Shown here: positions 1-12,229 of the stretch, in pieces | Layout: every line of letters starts with the position of its first letter | How positions within the stretch are numbered: position 1 is the stretch's first letter | Source: Okamejei kenojei | Taxonomy: Eukaryota | Direction of reading: 5' to 3' | Assembly: GCA_035221665.1 (NCBI GenBank) | Contig: CM069156.1 | Coordinates: 14,694,001-14,758,000, forward strand | Length of the DNA stretch: 64,000 nt | Made by a program: the position numbers and the translations under genes | The notes under the pieces: model-generated | What the model was told of the DNA's origin: nothing | Databases searched by the model: none | What the model saw: only the letters and a program-made list of their open reading frames with translations

Positions 1-182
1 GAATATTAAAAAAAAAAAATCCCATTACCAATATCACCTACCCATTTATGGAAATAGAATGCCACATTTCCAGTTCTTCACAAGCTAAAACCTCAAGGAA
101 TATTATCCATCATCTCCATGGGCATGTGGTGGAAGAATTTGCTTTTAATGAATCAATCTAACTTTTGAACTAAGTCATCTAA

Positions 183-421
183 AGGGCCTGTCCCACTTTC
201 ACGACCTAATTCACGACCTTTTTTACTCGTGGACCTTTTTCCATCAGGCTAGAAAAACGCCCCGACCTACTTGATGCCACGAGTACCTACGACTAGCATC
301 ATGACCTACTTACGACCTACCTACAACCTCCTACGACCTCGTGATGACCATGCTGCGAGTATGAGTCAAGGGCAAACTAGGCAGAGGTGGTGAAATAGGT
401 CGTGAAAGTGGGACAGGCCCT
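183..421. mobile_element. PIF/Harbinger-type MITE
   Basis: 26-bp perfect TIR AGGGCCTGTCCCACTTTCACGACCTA, TAA duplicated on both sides (180-182, 422-424), many internal ACGACCT repeats. Confidence 0.88.
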
Positions 422-660
422 TAATTCCTTCACGAGTGTACAGAACACGTGAACACTGTTAGCCTAACTGAAAGTTATACTGAAACTAATATGGTTGTAA
501 TCAATTTGATTTGAATCAATTTAGAAATTCAGTATTAACCAAAGAATGAATTATGTTTACATTCAATAGATAATAATTTTTTATCTTGTTCTGAACATAA
601 TGAGTTCTGGACAGTGAAAGTAAAATCAAAGAGTTAACAGTGTGTGCATGGTAATTGCAG

Positions 661-708
661 GTGTAACTGGAGTTCGACCCAGCAGTGCTCCTCTGACTCC
701 CCAACCAG
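661..708 (+). CDS. ELN: Elastin internal exon (48 nt, G-VTGVRPSSAPLTPQP-G)
   Basis: ttgcag| ... CCAG|gtacca; phase 1-1, open frame, G/V/P-rich. The polypyrimidine tract is weak. Confidence 0.6.
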
Positions 709-3700
709 GTACCATTATTACTGCTAAATAACTAGCATGTTGTTGAGTATTCTGGGTCCAGGGGTAGGTTTTATTTATGGAAGTGAAAACTGTAATATTA
801 TTTAAAGTGGTTCCTGTCCCATATGCATTGAAAGGAACCATGAAACCAGAAATGTTTCATAGACATATAACAGTCATACAAAACTTTTTAAAAAAGTGTT
901 CATGTTTGGTGCAGAGAAGATGTACCAACATTTCATAGGAGCAATTCCACTGAAGATGAAAACAGTCACGTTTAAAATCTTAACTCCAGATACTGGCAGT
1001 GGAAGAAGTGAATAATGTCAAATTAAACCTGAAAAATGTTGAATTCTTTGTTGCTGTAGCTGCTTTTAAAATGAAATGATCCATGAATAGGAAATTGAAG
1101 TATAACATTGGAGATGCTCGAGTGTCATAAACGTTGCTCTCTGATTTTAAGATGGTCATTGGAGATAACAATAGTCGCAATGAAACAAGATTTATCTCCA
1201 AACTATATTGGATGTTTGGTGGATGAAACGTACCATCTGACCATCCCCTCCCTGCCATTTACTCCACTCTAGGATTCATTTGCATCAGGCTGGTTGGTAG
1301 AAACTGAGTATCATGTGCTGCTTGTCAGTTCTAGGCCATCACAATATAAGATGATGGCCCTATAATGCGGCAGTGGAATGTCATATTCAGGGAAAGGCCC
1401 AATTTGAGGAAGGGGAAACCAATGTTAAAGACTAATGTGAGCCAAAATGAAAAAAAAAAGCCTTTTGAGAAATCTTCAGCTGAATACTCCTTTGTGCTTG
1501 TTAAGAGTGGACATAACTACTGATCAGTAAGCAAAAACCAGAGCCTCTGGCAGCAATGGATAATAGGTCATTAAAAGTTCTTTTTTGGATGCTACTTCAA
1601 ATCTCCAAGAGAAAATTCGACCTTTACAAGAATTTACTCCCTTAAATGATATTACTCTTTGTTTTTTTATGAACAGGTGGAGTGCAGCCAGATTTTGGTG
1701 CTAAAGCAGCCAAGCAAGGTAATTGAAATTCGTTTAATGGGAAATTTCTAGTTGTCCCTCTTGAATTATTAGGTTTACGACATCACCCTGGTAAAGAAAT
1801 ACTCTTACAATGTTATTTCTATAAAACTACTTGTTTGACTCTCCACTATTAGTACATAACCTGAGGAGGCTGCCATGGATTATGTTGGCTCTCTTCAAAT
1901 TGTACAGCATATAATATTCCCCAATGAAATCACTCCATCTGCTGGACATATGTCCTCAGGAGTCAGCGATTGTAGGAGAACTACATATTGGCATTTGGAG
2001 CCAGGAATATAGAGAGTCTCCCTTGCACCCAGAATCACTTCCTCTCAGTAGCACTAACAGTGAATACTTTTTTCAACATTTAAGAACTCACATTTGTTTC
2101 TTAATGTCCTAAAATGTTTTACAACAATGGAGAACTTTTGAATTATAGTCAGTCATATTGTAAAGAATATGAGAGCTAATTCGCACACCCCAAACTCCCA
2201 CAAATATCAAAGACATAATACAATGTAATGCCTAGACATTCTGTTTTGCAGGGCAACATGTTCTGGTTGCTGTTCAATTAAATCTTATCACAAATCTGAT
2301 TGTGTACTTGGTCAAGGGAAGAGTGTTTCTGTCAATATGTTGCAGGACCTCTGTGCATACAATGCCAAATCCTTGTACACATTCAAGTCCCTAAATAGTT
2401 GAATGAAGCAGTTCTTCTAGATATTGGAGGCATGTTTGCCATTATTGAAGATGTCTAACCTTCCTTGTCACCCATCGAAGGAATCCAAGTAACTGTCAAC
2501 AAATAAGCTTCCTATAGATGATTCCTTTCCAACACCAGGTTCCAAATTCTTCCACCTCTCTGCGTCACGAGCAATGTCCACAGGGCTTTCTAATAGACTG
2601 CCAACTAATTAGAATAGCCAGAAATAGTGCAAAAAAGCTTTTATATCCAAACAAAAATGCAGATGGGATTTAAAATTGTCTCTTTTTTCTGCTTTGCTCC
2701 TCGCCACTTCTCTTTTTCAGAAGTCATGGGCCACAGATTCCCAGGGGTCAATGGGGATGTTTCATTCCTCAGGCTTGGAGAACATCCTTGAATATTTTCC
2801 ATTGTCCACCTGGTAGTGCCCTTCCATGGCAGAGATTGGATTAGAGCATTTCAGTGTTCTGATGTTGGTCATACAAATGTCATGGCACTGCTGGGGTTAT
2901 GGACCTGGAAGAGGACACTGGCATTGGTTTGCTTATCCTTCCTGTGAATTTGGAGTATTTTACAAAGATACCTTACGGTTTCTTGAGGTGGCTGCTGTAG
3001 GTATTCCAGATCTCAGGAGGCCATGGATCTCTATTGCCCAGTAAACCACAAGTTTTGTGCCAGGTCTGAGGTCTTAATATTCAAACACCCTTTTCATCAA
3101 TCAACTAATGGCTGTAAAAGGCATCTTGAAAGCAATTGTGATTTTGTATTCTATCACCTAACGCTCTGTGGATAATAATATCATTTTATTCATTTTAAGA
3201 GCTGTCCTAATATCATGCCATTGTGCAGATTGGCTAGAGATGGCATGACTTAATATACACATCTTTTAAAAGAGCTTAACTTCATTGAATATAAACAATG
3301 TCTCACAATATTGTTTTTTGGTAACAAAATAATGGTTTACTGTTTTGATCATGTCAATTTAAGAGGCTATTTGATCATTACTGTTCTCGCATTCTGGTTC
3401 TTCTTCAGGGCTTGGGCAAAGAGGTGCTGGTGGATTCCTACCCTATTATCAACCTGGTAAGGACCTGATACATTGTATTTCACACATACACATAATGAAA
3501 AACATCTGAATGTATTTTATTTTCCAATGATAATTGTGATAACAGTTTAGGATTATTTGAAGTGGTAGGCCAGTATCTGTAGTTCCTACCTACACATTTC
3601 GTAATAGCTGGAAAAAGGATTCCACAGAAATGGGTTGGCATTGAAACCATAATAAATACAATTTACGTGTTCAACTAAACTTATTTATGTTGCAAAGCCT

Positions 3701-6700
3701 TGAATATGCACTAAAATAACCGGTTTGAATGCTTTGAATAACAGAATGTAAACATTCCATATACCAATCAATGTTAGGCATATGTCTGTAAAAATAAGCA
3801 TGGTATTCAAGTCTGTCCTACAATGTACCTGTAGCACAGTAGTAGTTATATAATTCCATATTGAATTATGCATATTTTTGAATTGTAAACCTTATTTCAA
3901 TGTTATAACATTGACCTTCATAAAAACAACGTGGCATTGGGAGGTATCAGAAAGATAGGGGTGATGGTGGAATAATTGTAGATATAATGTATTGGCAATT
4001 CCCGCAGTAATTTGTCCACTGTGTGTAAAGGTCAAGCAAAAATGGGGTAAACAAGTGAAATAATGGTTTAAAAAGTGGAAATTGATTTCTGATGAGAGGG
4101 TTGTAATATTACATGCAAATTGAGGAGAAAGGAGCTCTTTTGTTAGTCTTCGGTGATTGAACTAAATTTGGTAAGCAAATGAATGATGCAATAATAAACA
4201 CATCACACCATAACCAGGATATAGAAACATAGAAACATAGAAATTAGGTGCAGGAGTAGGCCATTCGGCCCTTCGAGCCTGCACCGCCATTCAATATGAT
4301 CATGGCTGATCATCCAACTCAGTATCCTGTACCTGCCTTCTCTCCATACCCCCTGATCCCTTTTGGGCCACATCCAACTCCCTCTTAAATATGGCCAACG
4401 AACTGGCCTCAACTACCTTCTGTGGCAGAGAATTCCACAGATTCACTACTCTCTGTGTGAAAAATGATTTTCTCATTTCGGTCCTAAAAGACTTCCCCCT
4501 TATCCTTAAACTGTGACCCCTTGTCCTGGACTTCCCCAACATCGGGAACAATCTTCCTGCATCTAGCCTGTCCAACCCCTTAAGAATTTTGTAAGTCTCT
4601 ATGAGATCACCCCTCAATCTTCTAAATTCCAGCGAGTACATAGCTACATAGCTGCACTTCTGGCTGCAATAGATTTATTGTGAGGAGATTTTAAATCCTG
4701 GTTAAAATAAGACATCTGTTTTATTAAAAATGCCTTTTCACCTTCACGTGTTTAAGTCGCATAGTGTTTCTCTAATTTGTTATCAAAATTAAAGGCTCAT
4801 AAAATTAACCTCTACATTCTTACTTTAGCTGAAAAAAAATCAATATCCAGTAAAAGTAAAGATCACTCGTAATTCAAACTAAACAACTGTCAGTAAAAGT
4901 GACCCGCAAATAGATGGTGTATCACAACTGAACAGGCAAAGACGTTGATGAATAGAAAAAAGAAACATACAGTGTTATTATATAGCAATTATAAAGGCAT
5001 GTTAACTTGCACTTGAACAACTTGATACTAGTGTCAATAGGCTAATGTGACTGCTAATGTCAGCACTCTTCAGAGATAAGAAAAATGGGATGTGAGGTGC
5101 ACTTCTGAAAATGTCTAATAACTTACTTAGCAGGAGTCAGAGCTGGATATGGAGATGGAACTGGACAACTGGGGTACCTACAGGCTGCAGGTAATGAATA
5201 TTTAACTTGGTAATAAAGAATTTCAAAGCAGAAACTTTGCCAATAAGAATATTATAATTGATTTAATTTCCACATAAAATAGCTGTTTCTGCTCTCACTG
5301 ATTTCAAAATATTAGATAGCCAACATAAATGAGCAAATCTGACAGATAACACCATTGATGAGAATGAATGGCCTTTATTTTTATCATTTCACATTCAGTT
5401 TCATGTATACCTATTTCTCTTTTCTTAAAAGTTAGTTTATATTGTAATAACTGATTTCCCGGAAGTTGTCTTTACATTTATTGCTTGGGTTTTTGAACTC
5501 CATTTCTTAAGTTACCTCATCAATACATTAATTTTATGTAATCAACGGAACAGGCTTATAATGTTGCCAATAAATGTAGTATCCTTTAGGATTTGGAAAA
5601 TATTATAAAAGAGCAAAGAAGACCAAGTCATTGTAAAAACACACTATAAAAGCTTATTTGGAATGTAAAGCTAATAGATTAGCTCATCTTAATGATGGCC
5701 ATCTATAGATTGAGACTGAGATTGATATTTAGGAATGTAAATAGCAGAAAGGTTAAACAAATATTTTGCATCTGTTTTCAGAGAATAAGACACAAACTTC
5801 TGGAGATATTTACGATCTGTAGATGTGGTGTGAATGAGCAACTCAAAGAAGTTTGCATTACTTGACAACAAAATATAGTACTTAAGGGGACTGGAATTTG
5901 ATATATCTCCAGGACCTAATGACTTGCATGCATGAGTTTTGATGGCTCTGGAGATATTGAATGCCCTGCAAATTTTAATCTTCCGAAATTCCCATGATTC
6001 CCACAAACAGTTTTAAAAGATTAAGGTAGTCAATGTGATCCCATTATATAAGAAAGGGGGGGAGAAAACAGGGAACCTTAGGTGAATTTGTGACATAATG
6101 AGAAGGAAGGATGTTGGAATTTATCACTGTGTGTAACGGAGAACCATAATAACAGGCTTGGCAGAAACAGTGGATTTTTGAAAGGGAAATCATGTTTGAT
6201 AAATCTGTTTACAGTTTTTGAGGTAATGGAAACAAAATTAATGATCAGATCATGTGGCACATCTAGAATTTCAGAATGCTTTCATATGTGAATAATAATA
6301 GAATCTTAAACAAAAGTAGAGCTTTATGGTGGTATGGATAGCATATTGCTTAATAGGCAATAGGAATAAATAAGCCATGTTAGGATAGGGAATCAACAGC
6401 AAATAAGACGGAACTTAGGTTTTCACAATTTATATCCATGATCAGGATGCGTGCATCACAAGTAATATACCAAAATCTGCTTATGATACAAAGTTGAGTA
6501 TAAGTGTAAGCTCTGAAAAGGACAAAGAGAAGTTGCAGGGCAATGCAGGTAAGCTCAATGAATTGGCAAGCACATGACAGACAGAATCTGATGTGGCAAA
6601 ATATGAGGGCAAAACAAACGAGCTCTGCTAGAGGATCTCAGCAGGTCAGATAACATCAGTGGAGGGAAATGAACCATCTACTTTTATGAACAAGACCCTT

Positions 6701-9537
6701 CTTCTAGACTGAAAGAGTAAATGGGATGTAACCAGTATTTTTTTTAAAAAGCGAGGAGAGGGGCATGTGCTTACAGGTGAAAGGTAAATACAGGTGAGGA
6801 ATAGTGATTCACCGGTAACAGTCAGGTGGGAAGGAAAAGGTGGCGATAGCAACAGAGGCTGAGAAGTGATGAGAACAAAAGGCTGTAGATTCTGGAATGT
6901 GATAGGAAAGGAAGATGAATAATAGACCTGAATGAGAGGTGGTGACAGACAGAAGGGGGGGGGGGGGGGTGAGCAGCAGAGGGAGGAAATGATCCAATGG
7001 GAGCAGTGTCTGGGAAGCAGGTAAAGCAACAGTGTGATAGGGGGCTGAAGGGTCAGGTGTGGGAAAACAAGGGGAGCATGAGAGGATAGGGGTAAATGGG
7101 AGGAAATAGAAAAAAAAACAGGAGGTGTGGGTTACCTGAGATTGGAGAATCCAATGTTCATGCGTTGAGTTGTAAACTACACAGGACAAATATGAGGTGC
7201 TGCTCTTAGGCTAAAAAAAAGAGGTTTTGGTGACATGAGGGTTTGGGGAGCCTTGTTCATAATCACTGAGAGTTAATATGCAGATATATGTTAACAATTA
7301 AAAGGACAAATGGTATGTTGACTTAATTGCAAGAGGATTTGAGTAACACATAACTGCAATTATATGGAGACCAAGTGAAAATGTATCTAGAACATTGCAG
7401 ACACATCTGATGCCACTACATAGCCAAGAATATATTTGCAATAAAACGAGTGTTACAAATGTTCACCAAATTTGTTCCGGGGATGAGAGATGGAAGGGAG
7501 TGCTTTTTGTCCAATGAGGAGAGATTATGCAAACTGGGCTGATACTCTTGAGTTTTGAAATATAGAGCATTTCTGGCTCTTCACCATTTCAAAGTAAGGG
7601 GGTCACTCATTCAGGATAATGAGAGAAATTGTTTCTCTCACATTGTAGTAAATCTTAATCATTTTATACACAAGGGCACCGTAGATTTTAGTCGCTTACA
7701 ATTTTTAATACATTTTTTGATGGCAAGGGAATTCAACATCTGCCATGATCTTCTTGGATGGCAAAACAAGTATGATGAGTTGAATCCTTAATTCATCCTT
7801 CTATTTGTTATGTTCTTATGCCATTGCTAATGTGAAGAATAATTTTCTAATTATGACATTCAACATAGAACATTTATTTGATGCTGCCACGTAATTTGGG
7901 AACTCAACATCAAATAACCTCATACTGCTTGATGTACTTTCAGCAGCAGAAAGGGCACCTTAATTGTTCTATTGATAAGAAACATTTGTTACCTTTTTTC
8001 TGGATGGTCCCACATTTCTACAAGTGATTGATGCTTACTACAGTTCTTTCAATTTTTAAAGTCTACTGATAAAATTCTAACATGCTGACTGACATTTTGT
8101 TGATTTTAAGTCTTTTGCATTAAAAACATGATCCCTGGCATGGGTGCATAGACAGAAATACAACAAAGAACAGCATAGCTGAGAGAATGAATAAAAGGCA
8201 TGTAGAAGACGTACAGGTTTGTAGGTTAATTGGCTTCTGTAATTTTTTAATTGTCCATAGTGTGTAGGACAGTGCTAGTGTACAAGGTGATCGCTGGTTG
8301 CTATGGGCTCGGTGGGCTGAAGGCCATGCTGTATCTCAAGGCTAAATAGGGTCAGGAAAAACACAACTTTCAATGGCACATTCTTGTTAGTAACTAATTA
8401 ATTTTGAAAGGGGATCATGAAATATGATTTCGATCTTTTGAGCACAACTGATTTCGATTGTGTATTCTATAGATTTTGGTAGGAGTCTTCTCCAACATGG
8501 TGTAGTTGGGCAGAGTTGGTGTTGGGGAGCGGTGGATTTCCAGAAGGTTCCTACAGAGCACCTACAAAATAAAAACTTAAGCACTTTATTTGCACATGAC
8601 AAAAGAACATAGAACCAGAGTAGCAAACAGCTCTTGAAGCCTAAGATGAACGGACTGATTTTGTTGCTCATACATATTCATCCCAGATCACTTTATCCTT
8701 TGATTCCTTTAGTGTCCAAAAAATTTAAGTTCCAACCTTGAATATACCCAATGACAAATTCACACCTCTTTAAGATAGAAAATTCCAAAGATGTTAAATG
8801 CTTTGTGCCAAAGAAATATGTTCTTATCAACATCCTAAATGTCTGACCCCTTGTCATGACCAGTGTTTAAGATTTAGAATGTGAAGTCAGGCCGTGCAGG
8901 GCTAGTGAACGATGAGGTTGGAGGCTTGGGAGGGCAGGGAGCCGGAAGTGATGAAGCCAGTGATAGTGTTTGAGATAATGGCCTGGTGCTCGTCTGTGGG
9001 GTCATGGTCTAAGGATAAGTCATGACTATCTCTCCTGGTTATGGATTCTCAAGTCAGAAGACGTTTCCCAGCATCCCTCATAGAATGCTTTGTCTTGAGA
9101 TTGTTTGTCATATTTCTAAACGTTAGTGATTTTGACTCAAATGTCCTTCATTGGACAACTCTCTCATTCCCAGGAATTAAGAAGTGATTATAGCTACATA
9201 TGTTAGTGGCATAAAACCACAACAAATCACTCTGATCAAGTGAATATAACTATACGTGTTAAAGTGGCATGGAACCAATCAAATCACTCTGATCACAACT
9301 CTACTTCTAACTGACACATGTGACAAATGTCAGACACTCGCATAATATTAAAGATATTCAGTATCTTATTTGATATAATCATTTCAAATTTAATTCTATC
9401 AAATCTTTAATAGCAGCTGTTTTCTATAGGTGTTGGCTAAGCTAGAAATAATTTTGTCACCAATTGAATCTATTTTCTTTGTTTCTGAAGGCTCCCCTTG
9501 TGCAATGGGCAAATACTGTGGCAGAAGGAGAAAATAA
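661..9537 (+). CDS. ELN: Tropoelastin, 3' partial gene: join(661..708,1677..1718,3409..3456,5131..5190,9491..9537)
   Basis: Manual splicing gives (G)VTGVRPSSAPLTPQP|GGVQPDFGAKAAKQ|GLGQRGAGGFLPYYQP|AGVRAGYGDGTGQLGYLQAA|GSPCAMGKYCGRRRK*. Internal exons are phase 1-1 and multiples of 3. It has a KAAK cross-link motif and the C-terminal two-Cys plus basic tetrapeptide of elastin, and lies directly upstream of LIMK1. Confidence 0.93.
1677..1718 (+). CDS. ELN: Elastin cross-linking exon (42 nt, G-GVQPDFGAKAAKQ-G)
   Basis: ctttgtttttttatgaacag| ... CAAG|gtaatt; KAAK lysine spacing of KA-type cross-link domains. Confidence 0.88.
3409..3456 (+). CDS. ELN: Elastin internal exon (48 nt, G-LGQRGAGGFLPYYQP)
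   Basis: ttcttcttcag| ... CCTG|gtaagg; phase 1-1, Gly-rich. Confidence 0.85.
4221..4640 (-). mobile_element. CR1-type LINE, 5'-truncated 3' end (young)
   Basis: ORF2 C-terminus YSLEFRRLRGDLIETYKIL...SRTRGHSLRIRG; (TTTCTATG)n tail; very similar to the copies at 36226 and 57128. Confidence 0.93.
5131..5190 (+). CDS. ELN: Elastin probable penultimate exon (60 or 57 nt, (A)GVRAGYGDGTGQLGYLQAA)
   Basis: ttacttag|cag| tandem acceptor, GCAG|gtaatg donor; phase 1-1, Gly/Tyr-rich. Confidence 0.82.
5740..7820 (+). mobile_element. Old degenerate CR1 LINE interrupted by a Penelope-like fragment (about 6610-7205)
   Basis: Decayed RT-region motifs (aaatattttgcatctgttttc; aaagggaaatcatgtttgataaatctg) and a CR1 3' end. 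The insert begins with the recurrent tgctagagg..ctcagcaggtcag motif. Boundaries are approximate. Confidence 0.6.
9491..9537 (+). CDS. ELN: Elastin terminal coding exon (G-SPCAMGKYCGRRRK-stop)
   Basis: tattttctttgtttctgaag| acceptor. C-x5-C-G-RRRK* corresponds to the human C-terminus GGACLGKACGRKRK. Confidence 0.96.
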
Positions 9538-11290
9538 CCAACTATTGGGAAAAGAAGTGACCTCAAGAATTCTGGTGCTACTGCTTGATTTGGAATGTAA
9601 AGGATGGTGTGTAATGGAACTTCTCAGCTCCATCCCTTTCCCCCAGATACACCTTTCGATCCCCCATTTCATCTACATGTGTTATCAATATCTAATGGAT
9701 TTTTTTTAATCAAGGAAACTCTGTAATATGTTGTGTGCTTCAAGAGTTTAGGGACCAGTTTACAGCTGAGTCTTTTGCTGTTAATCTCAGTATTAATTAA
9801 CACCATCCTTGACTTGATTTGTTTTATTTTGTGACAATGTCTCCAGTATTTTTAAATTATAAAAATGGTGTTATTAATTTTCAGTTGCTTGGGCTTTGCT
9901 TTACAAAATGTACTGTGAGCGATGCCTGGATTATATAGCTGGGTAGTAGCTCCATCCACCCCTACCATAATATTTGGTGCTAAAAAACAATTTTTGAGAG
10001 TGGCAGCTGTATTCATACAAATGATGGCTCAACTGATGCTGGGACCTGAAGTAACCAATGCAACTTTCACATGTTATAGTTCTACATGTTTGTGCACATG
10101 GCTGCCAAGACTTTGCACATGGAGGCCAAATTACCTTCCTGGCCAGAATATTCCTGGAGAGATTGATTTGATATTTTTTTTTAAGTTTATGCAAGCTGAG
10201 AGACATTAGGACAGATATTCCTTGTCTTCCACTCAAGGCTTCTGATGTTCATATGCACAGAAAACAAGTGCCAGCTATCTTACAGGTGTGTGTATCTCCC
10301 CGTCTGATTTTCCTGTATCCATTGCACATACATGACTCAATAGCCCCAGGTTCAGGAAAATCTGCCCCAGAGTAATAAAACATGAATTACTTCACCATAG
10401 GCATGGTGTGGCCAGACGTTTACTACCTCCAGGATTAGGATTGTTGAATGAGCTCCATACGTTTCAACAATCCAATTACCTCCACAGCTAGTTTTAACTA
10501 AGATTTTTTATATTATTGATGTCCTCTTAGAATTCTTCCAACTGAGTTAATTGCATAACATGTATCCAGGTTACTTTTATTTTGAATTTGAATAATTTTC
10601 CTAATCTGTTCCAGTTTATAAATTTTCCCTGGATTAGAAATACAATTTAATTGTCTTGCTGTTTAAAGATTGATCACTGTACATGGTGTTGTGAATCCCT
10701 GTGGCACTACATTGTATCTTGGGCATCATCTTTGTAAACAACTATTTAAAAATGAGAGGTTATTTGAACAAAATCGTGCACAATTATTGAATTGCATGCA
10801 AATCCAAGCTGTCTGACTTGTGAAAATGCAGAAGCCCACCAAAGCCACAATTGTTAAATCTATTATACCTTCCGGTTTCTGATCCTTTCCTCTGGTTCCA
10901 CTTTCTTGGACTATTTTTCTGTTTTAACTGTTTCTGGTGGAAATTATGATTTTCAATTTTCTTGAAAATAGTGTGGAGAGCAACTTGATATGAGCACCTT
11001 AAGTGTTCACAGAAGCAAATGCTGAACAGTTTCTACTTTTATTGCAACTCACCACTTTGTCCTGCAACTCTTTTAATAAATGAGATTGCTTGAAATTATG
11101 CTGTCATATGTAATACTTTACATCAGTTCTGTTGTAATAAACATTGTAGCAGAACTTGAGCCCCAACATTAATGTATTGCTTCAGATTTGGTGTAATGAC
11201 CATCCGCTGTATCTTCGTAAACCCTGTGACTCAAATACAGGATGAATAATAATTCAGTACTTGCTTTTAAAATAAACAAAATTGTTTACT
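9538..11290 (+). promoter_or_regulatory. Elastin 3'UTR with miR-29 8mer sites (9573-9580, 9975-9982) and candidate poly(A) signals (AATAAA at 10374, 11075, 11136, 11271)
   Basis: Motifs read directly from the sequence. The region is AT-rich and free of recognisable TEs up to about 11.7 kb. The true 3' end is uncertain. Confidence 0.7.
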
Positions 11291-12229
11291 TTAATTTTAG
11301 TACGTAAATCATTGAACACTGAATAACAACATCAGAATGAATGGGGGAAAAAACTTTAATTTCTGCACAATTCATTTTATGTGGCCAAAACCAATGCAAT
11401 CCACTATTCTGTATTTGCACACAATTAACTATATTGTGAATAGCCATAAAATTATGAATGAATAACACAACTGTACAATGAGCAACCCCTACCCTACTGT
11501 CAGGGTCTTCAAACAACTACAAAATGGTTAATACTTACACAAGAAAATCTGCAACAGTGAAAGAGAAAACTATCATTTATATTTGTTTTATTTGAGCCCA
11601 ATATAAACTGCTTTAAAGCCAATTAATCACTTTTAAACTGAAACTGGTAACTTGCTCACAGGTAGGCCCTGCATTAACACAAAATGAACAGATTAACCCA
11701 GAAATAAGATGCTAAAAAAATGTTTCAGAAATATAGAACACCAAAATGGGCTCTTGGCCCCACCCTGATGCCAAGATCAACTCGTCTCATCTACCTGCAC
11801 AATCCATATCCCTGTATATCCATGTACCTATCTAAAAGCATTCTAAGGGAGCTAAGGTCTTGGAACCCACGATCCCTCAGCACATCATACAAACTGCATT
11901 ACAGTATTCTCCCAAATACACTTCTTTCTCTTAGTGGGCAAAGAGACACAGATGACAGTAACAGCAAACATGCAATAGGTAGATGTGGCTGCAATATCTG
12001 ACTCAGTTGGAGAGGGCAGCCAATATTAGAGTGATTTCAACAGGGTTGGTGGTCAGCAAAGGGTGATGGCAACTTCCTTCAGCTTTCTACTTGCCCCTCA
12101 TCTCTCAATCTGTTCTAAATCTGTTCTGATTTACCAACTGCAAATGAGAGCATGCACCTCCTACTCTCCCTCCACCTTCATCATAAAGTCCGTGTATATC
12201 CTCATCCAACCCAGCCAGATGGAGATCGA

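Noticed and set aside
200-350. Regularly spaced ACGACCT repeats resembling an array
   Set aside because: They lie inside a TIR/TSD-bounded MITE in vertebrate DNA, with no repeat-spacer structure and no cas genes; not CRISPR.
2721-2790. Strong-looking acceptor tctctttttcag in an elastin intron
   Set aside because: The phase-1 frame reaches TGA without a convincing donor, the peptide is not elastin-like, and the region looks like decayed LINE sequence.
8473-8546. G-rich stretch that might be another elastin exon (..LGSGGFPE..)
   Set aside because: No phase-1 frame has both a good acceptor and a good donor; the best donor (G|gttcct) is poor.
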